The notes beneath the pieces are model-generated. The model worked only from the letters and a program-made list of their open reading frames with translations. It made no database searches and was not told the DNA's origin. The translations under genes and the position numbers were made by a program. This document shows, in pieces, positions 9,144 through 17,800 of a DNA stretch of 29,683 nucleotides. Position 1 is the stretch's first letter. Each line of letters begins with the position of its first letter. Source of the stretch: Gammaproteobacteria bacterium (GTDB lineage Bacteria; Pseudomonadota; Gammaproteobacteria; Arenicellales; Poriferihabitantaceae); NCBI GenBank assembly GCA_024679435.1, contig JAIBDK010000001.1, positions 1-29,683 on the forward strand, written 5' to 3'.

Positions 9144-9681
9144 ATTTAATCAGTAACTTGTATGGCAATAACGGAGGACGGATACATTTCTCGATATCTA
9201 ATAGACCGCTCTCATTAACGGACTGATGACGTGTTAACTTTAACGGTTGTCTACTGGTTATTGCTGATTGAATAGAACAGATGGGAGCTTGATCTAAATC
9301 AGATGCCGGCTCGGCAGATTAAGCGCGGTTGACGGGGCATCAGTAAACTCGCGTACCGGAGAGGGGTATGCGTCGGTTCAAATCAACTAGATAAGCACAA
9401 CGATTCTGGAGCATTCATGCAGCAGTAACTTAAAGAAACTATTGTATGCTAGTGGTAGCAGGTCAAAAGTAAACTTCTCAATACCATGTTGAATTTCCCT
9501 TCTAACCTATGGAACCAAAGTTTAGATAAGATATGTCGCTGGCAATAACTGGTTAGCGGTGGTAGATTGACAGGGCAGGTATTCTTAGAAAAAGTATGTA
9601 TTAATAGATTGAGCAACAGAAAATTTCAATCAATCAAGTAGTGCGATACCAATTTATTATGCGCAAATAATCGGAAAACTC

Positions 9682-10374
9682 ATGAGTTCCAAAATATCTC
9701 AACCAGCGATTGTTGTGCTGCAAATCATTATCTTAATGATTCCTTTTAATATCTCTCTGGCTGATTCTAGTTCTAATTCTGGTTTCGTGGAATCCGGATT
9801 TTTAAAGGATTATTCGAGCCTGTCAGTCGATCCTGAACGATCTGATGTTAGCTTGTACATCGCCCCAGGTGCGAGTTTGGACGCTTATGATAAGGTCTTT
9901 CTAACTGATGTGGTGCTTTTTCTTCACCCGGAATCAGAGTATCAGGGGATCAGTGTTAGAAAAATTTCTGCGATTACTCAGAAATTTGAAGATTATGTTA
10001 AAAATAATCTTAAAACCCAAAGAGAGCTTGTGTCAGAAATTATTCCAGGCGATAAAACTGTGATTGTTCGTCTTGCAATTTCGAATGTCTATGCGAAGAG
10101 GCCAGCACGTAAACTGGTTTCTTATACTCCGATTGGTGTCGTGGGTACTGGAGCTAAGAAAGCGGCAGGGAAGGATTACGTTCTTTCCACCGCTGCTTTT
10201 GAAGGTGAATTGCTTGATGGCGAGACAGGGGAGGTTATTGCGGCTTTGGTTGCGACACAACTTGGTGAAACCCTTAGTAAAGCCAAAACTGGGGAACGCA
10301 AATGGGCCGATATCCTTGAGTATCTGCAAAACTATGCAGATACTTTGTCTAATCGGTTTGATTCTACCGAGTAG
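9682..10374 (+). CDS. DUF3313-like exported protein
   Basis: Signal peptide, SGFLKDYSSL motif, VRLAISNV, FEGELLDGETGEVIAA. Confidence 0.72.
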   Translation: MSSKISQPAIVVLQIIILMIPFNISLADSSSNSGFVESGFLKDYSSLSVDPERSDVSLYIAPGASLDAYDKVFLTDVVLFLHPESEYQGISVRKISAITQKFEDYVKNNLKTQRELVSEIIPGDKTVIVRLAISNVYAKRPARKLVSYTPIGVVGTGAKKAAGKDYVLSTAAFEGELLDGETGEVIAALVATQLGETLSKAKTGERKWADILEYLQNYADTLSNRFDSTE

Positions 10375-10562
10375 ATAAAACAATGCCTTTCCAACAGAAG
10401 AGTTGCATTGCTTGGCTTTCTACAGCCGAATATTAAACACCAAAATGATTTTAGGCTTGTTTTATTGAGCTATATATACAGATTAAAGGGCGTGTTCTCG
10501 AAGGTAGTATCGTTCACCGTGTTTCCTTTCTGAATAATATAGAACACAAAAGCAAATCAACT

Positions 10563-10603
10563 AAAAAAGGGTGCTGACCAGTTTGCTTGTCAGCACCTTT
10601 TTT
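10563..10603. terminator. Intrinsic terminator, bidirectional (serves the beta-barrel gene on the minus strand)
   Basis: A6-G-GGTGCTGAC / GTCAGCACC-T6: 9-bp stem, 10-nt loop, U-tracts on both strands, 30 nt past the stop at 10634. Confidence 0.85.
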
Positions 10604-10633
10604 ACGAAATTAAATCTAGTTAATTTTACTTAC

Positions 10634-11365
10634 TTAGAAATACCACTTAAATTGAACGCCGGGTCCACTAAAGTTGAAGTCGTCAATTGGAGTACCGTCA
10701 TCAAAATCCCATTCAAGATGGCGATAAGCAACGGTTAAATCACCCCATCCATATCGATAGCCAACGCCGAATATTCCCTGCCAGGTTAGATCTGAATCAC
10801 CAGCGCCTACATCCAAGTGGTAGGGGAGATACCATTTTTCGTCAATTAATCGTTGTCCACGTATCCCGACAATTGCATCAAAGGTATCGCCGTTGGCCTC
10901 AACAATGGCACCGGGTCCTACCGCCTTAATTTTATTCTCAAGGTCGAGGTAGCGGGTACCGAATATGAAATCAACTCGTCCATTTTCAGTATCAGAGAGA
11001 CTACGACCGCCAATAAAATTGAACACCAAGCTGGTAACCTCAACATCTACTCCGGCACCGGTTGGCAATGTGGCTCCTGTATCCTGGGAAGAACTTGTAT
11101 AAATTAGATCTCCAAGTATCGACCATTTAGACTTGCGTGCTTCCAGATTACCCATCAATGTTAGGTCCAGATTGTCAAGTATGTCACTAAAACTTACGTC
11201 AATGTCAGTACCATTACCCAGCGTACCCTGGATTCCCGCACCCCATAGGTTTAAAGCACCGGAAACCTGCCACTCTTCACCAGACTGAGCAGAAGCAGAC
11301 GTGTTTAGTAAAAGAGTCGACAGCAAGAATGAAGATACAACCGCGAATTGTTTAATATTTTTCAT
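10634..11365 (-). CDS. Small outer-membrane beta-barrel protein of unknown function
   Basis: Signal peptide, alternating amphipathic strands, aromatic C-terminus (QFKWYF); LWGAGI.G…DVSFSDILDNLD motif. Confidence 0.72.
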   Translation of the reverse strand: MKNIKQFAVVSSFLLSTLLLNTSASAQSGEEWQVSGALNLWGAGIQGTLGNGTDIDVSFSDILDNLDLTLMGNLEARKSKWSILGDLIYTSSSQDTGATLPTGAGVDVEVTSLVFNFIGGRSLSDTENGRVDFIFGTRYLDLENKIKAVGPGAIVEANGDTFDAIVGIRGQRLIDEKWYLPYHLDVGAGDSDLTWQGIFGVGYRYGWGDLTVAYRHLEWDFDDGTPIDDFNFSGPGVQFKWYF

Positions 11366-11503
11366 ATCAATAGATTTATCACTTGAGTATTAACTTGTTT
11401 TATGGGAAAGCTTAAAATAGATATCGAAGGATCTAATTAATTTCATGGGATTCTTAGATGCAAAACAAAGGCTTTCAGTACACAACATTGGGGATAAGCT
11501 GGA

Positions 11504-13174
11504 TTACATCTCCGGTGTTTTCATCATGAACAAGAATTCTTCCACCGCAGCTTGGGTTTCTGGTCTTAAATTATCAATTCCAGCATAGGGCATTCCGAGT
11601 GCGGGTGGAGTATCAGGGTATTTGGCTTTACGTTTAAAATGACGTTGCACCATTCGAACAAATTTGGCTCCACCCCAGGCACAAATTTCTGTAGATACAG
11701 GCCATTCTTCCCTAGTATCCCGAAAGATGTCATAAAAATCAGCCAGAATTGCATTTTCCATACCAGATGATAAATCAAGTTTGTACTGTTCTTTTACCAC
11801 AGCTTCAAGTGTGTTGATGTTGTAAAGGAAAACGTGATCACGCCGACTGTAAGTATCTCCGTTAAGTAGAAGGGAGGTTTGGTCTATGCCATCGATGATG
11901 CGATCGGTAGGTATTTTATCCATACCGTTTCCAAGTCGGGCGATAGTGGTAAATAGATCCGTAACGTGAACAATGTCTCCTGCCACGCTATCTGCTTCAA
12001 TCATATTTGGCCAGCGAACAAACGCATCTACTCGAACACCACCTTCTTTAGTGGAGCCTTTACCGCCCTGAAAAACCATAGGAGTGTATCCCGAACCCGG
12101 TGAGTATTTAGTGAAATGCCCATTGTCCCCCATAATAACTACCAAGGTATTATCTGCGATGCCGAGTGTGTCCATTTCCGTCATCAGCTCTCCGATCCAC
12201 TGGTCAACCAACTTCATCTTTTCTACATAATTACCGCCGTTAGGGGTGGTGTATTCGTCGGTAGTGGTGCGCGGGCCGGTAAGTGGATACAGAGGCCAGT
12301 ATTGTAAGAAAAATGGGTTCTCAGCTTTGGCTAGCTTGCGCAATTGTTCCATAGTCTGGTTTTGATAGCGCACATTCATTTCATGGTATTTGGCTTCCGT
12401 CCATCGCTCACCAGGCGCCATGTGGACTTCCTTCACGTTTTCGTTGCGTATACCTTCCACTCCGGTGGCCATGGCTGAAGCATCTGTCCGGAGCCATCCG
12501 TCCATGGTGTAGCGACCGTCATAGTTGTTGTCGCCTATACCAATACTGATTTCTTCATCTGCTGCATCATCATGATAAATAGTAAGTTGTCCTTGTTGAT
12601 GAATGGGGAACGCAGCAAAATCAAAACCCTGCATGTTAGGCCATGCTTCTCTGATATCACCCATGTGCCATTTACCGACGTGAGCAGTGTTGTATCCGCT
12701 ATCGGAAAGAATCTCCGCCAGCGTTACTTCACTTTCAGCTAGCCCAAATCCTGAAATGTCGACAGCCGTGTTGCCCATGCCATTTCGATGAGGCTGGCGG
12801 CCTGTCATAAACGCCACTCGTGTAGGCGTGCAAGAAGGTTCGGTATACATACGAGCCAGACGCATGCCCTCTCGAGCAAACTCATTGATATTTGGAGTCT
12901 TGTAACCACGGATAGCGTTTAAGGTTTCGCTACCGAGATCACCGAACCCGACATCATCGATAAGTATATAAAAAATATTTGGAGACTTTCCTCCGTTTTT
13001 CTGTCGAAAACTAGCTAGTTGATTATCGAGCGCTTTATCCTCGATTGCCCAGCGTTCGCTGTTTTGCTTTTCTGTAACATAATATTCAGCATCGTGAGCA
13101 ATATCGGCGGCCATGATTTGAGTGGCTAAAATTGCAATGCAAAACCCGGATACAATTTTAACTGTTAGGCGCAT
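11504..13174 (-). CDS. Cys-type (formylglycine-dependent) sulfatase, secreted
   Basis: PNIFYILIDDVGFGD, signature CTPTR..FMTGR, GY.TAHVGKWHMG, MGDNG, GGKGST.EGGVRV, IIDGIDQ. Confidence 0.93.
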   Translation of the reverse strand: MRLTVKIVSGFCIAILATQIMAADIAHDAEYYVTEKQNSERWAIEDKALDNQLASFRQKNGGKSPNIFYILIDDVGFGDLGSETLNAIRGYKTPNINEFAREGMRLARMYTEPSCTPTRVAFMTGRQPHRNGMGNTAVDISGFGLAESEVTLAEILSDSGYNTAHVGKWHMGDIREAWPNMQGFDFAAFPIHQQGQLTIYHDDAADEEISIGIGDNNYDGRYTMDGWLRTDASAMATGVEGIRNENVKEVHMAPGERWTEAKYHEMNVRYQNQTMEQLRKLAKAENPFFLQYWPLYPLTGPRTTTDEYTTPNGGNYVEKMKLVDQWIGELMTEMDTLGIADNTLVVIMGDNGHFTKYSPGSGYTPMVFQGGKGSTKEGGVRVDAFVRWPNMIEADSVAGDIVHVTDLFTTIARLGNGMDKIPTDRIIDGIDQTSLLLNGDTYSRRDHVFLYNINTLEAVVKEQYKLDLSSGMENAILADFYDIFRDTREEWPVSTEICAWGGAKFVRMVQRHFKRKAKYPDTPPALGMPYAGIDNLRPETQAAVEEFLFMMKTPEM

Positions 13175-13316
13175 TTTCTGTCTCTACTAGTTGAAAAAAC
13201 GGAGTGTACTCTATAGTTTGTTCGTAATCTAGTGCATGGAATGTAGATTGTTTGAAACACCGATTTAATGATAAATAAATACCGTTTTTTAGAATCATTT
13301 CTCTTCACCTTGATAT

Positions 13317-14624
13317 TCAAAATGGATGATCGATGCTCATTACAAAAATACGGTCTTCGTCCGATGTGGCCAGTTCAGCCCTGACAATAAGATGATTTGC
13401 AAAAGCCCGAATCCCGATACCACCAGACCATTTCATGTCTTCATGTAATTCTGAAAGATCGAAATCGTCTGCTACCCGTCCCGCTTCAACAAATCCTGCA
13501 AGTTGCAGCCAGTCGAGTTTGACCCCTAACTTTATGAGTAGTGGCCAATCAGCAATTTTATTTTGATTCGGGATGTATCGATACTCTCCTGAGTAATAAA
13601 CGGCGGATCGGCTATTGAATCTCCCTTCAGGATAGCCGCGAAGCCGTCCAATGCCTCCTAATGATGCGCCCGCATACGGTGGTGGTTTACCTGATGTCCC
13701 GGAAGGGTTTGCGTCCCAGGAAGGAGTGTCTATCCACCACGCGTTAAAAGCGAGTACGCGCTGTCTGGCTTTGTTCGTTTCTCCCAAAGAAAAGTACTTT
13801 GACAGATCAAATTCAACGGTAGTCCAGGAATCTGAGCTGTCCAGCCCTCCCCAATCATGGGAAACACTGAACTCTTGTCGACTTCCTTTAGAGGGGTTTT
13901 CTTTGAAATCTGTGTTATCGTACTCGAATGCCAGCTTCATATAAGTTGTGACCAAATCACTTTCCCCTATTTCACTTTTGGTGTCCTGATTCCGATAGAT
14001 AGCGTTAAGGTTTAGTGAAGTTAGACCCGATGAAGCCGGATTCCATTTTCCGGGCTTGCGGCCTCCCTCGATAATTAGACCATCTCTTAAAACCACGTCT
14101 ATCTCTGTTTGGTCCTGTCCATCTCCAAAAGGAAGAAGGTAACTGAATCCGATATCAAAACCACCGTCGGATCCTTCGCTTCGCAAAAAGTTTTCTGAAT
14201 CTGAATCATTGCTGCCAGCCGTCTCCTTTGGGAAAGCAGGGTTTCCATCGACATAAACATCTATTTCATTGAAATCTCCAGCGGCCAATCGCGCATCAAA
14301 AAATAATCGTTTAGATCGGGAAGTTCTAAGATTTTCAACTCCGAGCAAGGCAAAACGTGTTCCGGAGTCAGCAGCAATTGCGGTCGCCCAAAAGCGCGAT
14401 TGAGGTTGAAATAGGCCTCTGCCAGCATAAGTGGCCCCAATTGCAGTACCTATCGTGTCGTTGTAGAACGCAAATGGTAGCAGCAGTCGATCGGGCTGTG
14501 CTGATGTTTCATTTTCGTTTCGCAGTATCTCCTGACCGTGTGTTGAGAAGTTAACGGCGCTTAACAGAACTATTGCTGTAACTTTAATTAAGCAATTTTT
14601 AAAGTTGAGTTGAGGCAAACACAT
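13317..14624 (-). CDS. Omp85/BamA-TamA-like outer-membrane barrel with no obvious POTRA domain
   Basis: Signal peptide; L6-like LGG.GRLRGYPEGRF (the VRGY motif); C-terminal GFVEAGRV…GIGIRA…IDHPF; only a short N-terminal segment precedes the barrel. Confidence 0.72.
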   Translation of the reverse strand: MCLPQLNFKNCLIKVTAIVLLSAVNFSTHGQEILRNENETSAQPDRLLLPFAFYNDTIGTAIGATYAGRGLFQPQSRFWATAIAADSGTRFALLGVENLRTSRSKRLFFDARLAAGDFNEIDVYVDGNPAFPKETAGSNDSDSENFLRSEGSDGGFDIGFSYLLPFGDGQDQTEIDVVLRDGLIIEGGRKPGKWNPASSGLTSLNLNAIYRNQDTKSEIGESDLVTTYMKLAFEYDNTDFKENPSKGSRQEFSVSHDWGGLDSSDSWTTVEFDLSKYFSLGETNKARQRVLAFNAWWIDTPSWDANPSGTSGKPPPYAGASLGGIGRLRGYPEGRFNSRSAVYYSGEYRYIPNQNKIADWPLLIKLGVKLDWLQLAGFVEAGRVADDFDLSELHEDMKWSGGIGIRAFANHLIVRAELATSDEDRIFVMSIDHPF

Positions 14625-15235
14625 CTGGTAATTAATATTGATCCGATAACGTCTGACTCATCTTTGATTAGTGACATCAATGACTGGACTTAAGTTTGGC
14701 ATTAAAAGGCAGAGCATGCGTGGGTTTAGGCTCTTTGGCAAGAGAGACAGGTAAATAATGTCGGCATAAGGTGAGGTGCTGATGTGGCGTAGCGTAGTCG
14801 CGTTGTAATTCTGCCTTGATGGATGTTGAGACACAAAAGCATGGCAATAATCAAACGAATAGTGCGATATCATGATCTTAAAAATTTAAATTTAGTGAAC
14901 TGCGAGATTCACTTCGTCAAGCCGAGAAGTACATCCAATAGCTAATAGAGACCCGAGAACAACGACTATTAAAGGTCCTTTTAGTTTGAGCTTTTGATTT
15001 AATTAGCTGGAATAATCAGCTTTGGCTTTAACCCAAATTTTCCCTCAAGGGATCAATTTGTTTGTTCTCATAAGCTTGAAGTTATAGTCGACAAAAAAAA
15101 TACCATTTTTCGAAATTCGTATTTATACCTAAGACCCTGATTGCCTGCTGTTATAATTTTAGTAGACCAGTCTTATGGTTTTACATATTTGGATGATTCT
15201 TCCAAGATTTATAATATTATGCACCGGCGCGGAAA

Positions 15236-16597
15236 ATGTATGTATTAGTTAGCAAAGTTAGGATTTGGGTGAGCCTGTTCTTGTTTGGTGCGATAGCGGG
15301 TTGCGCAACCCCCAGTCATATCAACAATGACCCAATTTCAGAATCAAAATCGGTTGATCAAGCGTTGGTTTTGACTGGTCAGGTGGGACAGAAATCAGAT
15401 GAAATCCTCGTTTTTCTTGCCTTTTCTGGTGGAGGCACCCGAGCGGCAGCATTTTCATATGGTGTCCTACAGAAATTACGCGATACCACATATACCAGTG
15501 ATGGAAAGGAGATTCGTTTGCTGGACGAAGTAGACGTGATCAGTTCTGTTTCCGGCGGAAGCTTTACCTCAGCCTATTTTGGTTTGTTTGGTGATCGGGT
15601 TTTTGAGGATTACGAAGATGTTTTTTTGAGACGTAACGTACAGAAAACACTTCTTGGTAGCGTTTTTAACCCCTTGAACTGGCTGAGGGCTCTTTTTACC
15701 GGCTTAAACCGAACTGAGAGGGCCGTTGATTTTTATAATCGAACAATCTTTGAAAATGGAACGTTCGCTGATATCCATAATCGAGATGGACCGCGAATTG
15801 AAATCAATGCTACCGATCTAAGTATCGGTGAGCGTTTTGCGTTCAATCAGGAGCAATTCAACATGCTGTGTTCAGATCTTGGGTCATTTAGCGTGGCTCG
15901 TGCTGTTGCAGCATCTTCTGCGGTACCTGTTGTTTTTAAGCCTGTGGTTTTGGAAAATCATGATGGTTGCAGTTATTCAGATTCACCTCATCTTGCAGCA
16001 GCCCGCCGTTATGCGGAAGAAAATCCGAGATTTACTTCTTTGCTCGAGAGTTTTGACTCATATCGGGATAAAGAGTCACGTCGCTTTGTTCATCTCATTG
16101 ATGGTGGTATTACGGATAACTTAGGTGTCAGAACGCTATACAATCGACTGGAAACAGCCGGCATTACTGTGGGGACAGACATTGAAATTGCAGGCAAACC
16201 AAAATATCTTGTTGCGATAGTGGTGAATGCGAATACGGACCCTCAAAACCCAATGGACATCACTAAAAAGCCTCCATCTAACTTAGAAGTAATGAGTGCC
16301 GTTACCAGCACACAAATTCAACGCTTTAGTTCTGAATCATTGTCTTTGTTAGAAGACAGTATGGAGTATTGGGCTAACGAGTTCTCGACCCCTGAAAGGC
16401 CGGTTACTCCTTTCCTGATTTCATTGAATTTTCAAGACCTGCCAAGCGAAAACTTGAAAATTTTGTTTAATAATATGGCAACCAGCTTTTCACTGCCTGA
16501 TAATGAGGTTGATAGTCTTATTACAGCCGGTAATCAGCTTTTGGAACAATCTTCAGAATTTCAAGCATTTGTTGATGCCATTGATTCAGAGTTATGA
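15236..16597 (+). CDS. Patatin-like phospholipase/esterase, predicted lipoprotein
   Basis: Lipobox IAGC; oxyanion loop LAFSGGGTRAAA; nucleophile elbow ISSVSGGS; catalytic HLIDGG. Confidence 0.88.
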   Translation: MYVLVSKVRIWVSLFLFGAIAGCATPSHINNDPISESKSVDQALVLTGQVGQKSDEILVFLAFSGGGTRAAAFSYGVLQKLRDTTYTSDGKEIRLLDEVDVISSVSGGSFTSAYFGLFGDRVFEDYEDVFLRRNVQKTLLGSVFNPLNWLRALFTGLNRTERAVDFYNRTIFENGTFADIHNRDGPRIEINATDLSIGERFAFNQEQFNMLCSDLGSFSVARAVAASSAVPVVFKPVVLENHDGCSYSDSPHLAAARRYAEENPRFTSLLESFDSYRDKESRRFVHLIDGGITDNLGVRTLYNRLETAGITVGTDIEIAGKPKYLVAIVVNANTDPQNPMDITKKPPSNLEVMSAVTSTQIQRFSSESLSLLEDSMEYWANEFSTPERPVTPFLISLNFQDLPSENLKILFNNMATSFSLPDNEVDSLITAGNQLLEQSSEFQAFVDAIDSEL

Positions 16598-16616
16598 AAG
16601 AAGGTGGAGACTGATT

Positions 16617-17414
16617 TTAAGGTGCGGGCAAGCTATTACCGGTTGCCTGTTCAGCAGAGATGTTATTGTGTATATGGATATCACGTTGGGGGAACGGTAT
16701 TTTAATGCCGAGATCGGAAAACTTCAGATAGACTGCTTTATACAAGTCGCTCAGTACTACTAATCGATCCCGCACATTCCTTACGAAACATCGCAGTTCG
16801 AACTGAATACAACTGTCAGCGAAGCCTATAAACAATACAATTGGTTGAGGTTCCGATCCATCGGATATAATTCTTTCATCTTTTGTCGCAATTTCGAGAA
16901 GGGTGAGCTCTATTAATTTAATATCTGACCCATAGGCGACACCAACATTCAACGTTATGCGCCCAGTTGACTTTGACAATGTCCAATTGGTCACCGGAGT
17001 TTTAACCAAGTCTGAGTTAGGCACAATGACCTCCGTCCTATCCCAGGTTTGAATTACTGTTGACCGTATGTTGATTTGTTTAATAAATCCCGTTGAGGAT
17101 TCTGTGGAGATCCAGTCTCCAATACGCAGACTGCGTTCAGTTAAGATAACGATTCCCGCCATTATATTTCGAACCGAGTCCTGCAGACCGAAGCCGATTC
17201 CAACGGAAAGAGCGCTGGCGATTAGGGTTAAGTTGGTGAAATCTATACCAAGATATTCGAAGGCGACGGCAATGCCGATTAGTATAATGAATACTTTTGA
17301 GACTCGGCTGATAACGTAAAGATGGGAGTGATTGAAGTTATCATGTGCTCGCTCCACCCGAACCCAAAAAATTTTTGAAAGCTGAACCGCCACCCAGGTG
17401 ATAAAAAGAATCAA
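16617..17414 (-). CDS. Small-conductance mechanosensitive channel (MscS family); N-terminus probably extends upstream
   Basis: SALSVGIGFGLQD.V.N..AG..IL.ER..RIGDWI, I.IRST.I.TWD…IVPNS, VGVAYGSD, IPFPQRDIH. Confidence 0.9.
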   Translation of the reverse strand: MILFITWVAVQLSKIFWVRVERAHDNFNHSHLYVISRVSKVFIILIGIAVAFEYLGIDFTNLTLIASALSVGIGFGLQDSVRNIMAGIVILTERSLRIGDWISTESSTGFIKQINIRSTVIQTWDRTEVIVPNSDLVKTPVTNWTLSKSTGRITLNVGVAYGSDIKLIELTLLEIATKDERIISDGSEPQPIVLFIGFADSCIQFELRCFVRNVRDRLVVLSDLYKAVYLKFSDLGIKIPFPQRDIHIHNNISAEQATGNSLPAP

Positions 17415-17715
17415 TATTGTTCGGATAACCGTTAGATGCGTGATGGTAATACTTTCATACTGAAAGATGATGCTGTTTTACCCAGTTATCCATTATTCGT
17501 AGTACTCATTGACGGTGCTAAATCTTAAGATAGCAAATTGTAGGCGAATATTTCTCAATAGTTCAATTTTAAGGCTATATTGCCGATGTTGCCAAATTCA
17601 AGTGATCTATCGCTATTTGGCAGGCAGGAGAATATTATTGCTCAACTTTTGAGCCGAAATTGCTATGTTTGTTTATGCGTTTTTACATATAACCCGCGCG
17701 GTCTCACCCCCCCCC

Positions 17716-17768
17716 AAAAAAAAGCGCCCGCAGCTCAGCTGGATAGAGTGCCTGGCTTTTGCGGGCGC
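17716..17768 (-). terminator. Candidate intrinsic terminator formed by the antisense of the tRNA relic
   Basis: Minus strand reads GCGCCCGCA…TGCGGGCGC (9-bp GC-rich stem, with extra AGC/GCT and CAG/CTG pairs possible inside) directly followed by T8; lies downstream of the minus-strand metY unit. Confidence 0.5.
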
Positions 17769-17800
17769 GGTGGTAAGCAGTTCGACACCTACCTGAGCAG
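17724..17800 (+). pseudogene. tRNA pseudogene with a tRNA-Arg(ACG)-like 5' half
   Basis: GCGCCCG-CA-GCTC-AGCTGGATA-GAGT-G-CCTGG-CT matches acceptor 5' strand, D-arm and anticodon 5' strand of proteobacterial tRNA-Arg. Variable-loop-like CGGTG and T-loop GTTCGAC follow, but anticodon and acceptor stems cannot pair and there is no CCA. Confidence 0.72.

Noticed and set aside
10430-10540. Short minus-strand frame with SD-like AAGGA and GTG (VNDTTFENTPFNLYI*)
   Set aside because: Only 15 codons, lies downstream of the terminator, no recognisable similarity
14841-14992. Possible decayed ORF (MAIIKRIVRYHDLKNL… / SELRDSLRQAEKYIQ*LIETREQRLLK)
   Set aside because: Needs both a frameshift and a stop readthrough, and resembles no family I recognise
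17724-17800. Reading the element as a functional tRNA-Lys (TTT at the anticodon position)
   Set aside because: Anticodon stem (CCTGG/GGGCG) and acceptor stem (GCGCCCG/CTGAGCA) do not pair, U8 is C, the T-stem is broken and there is no CCA
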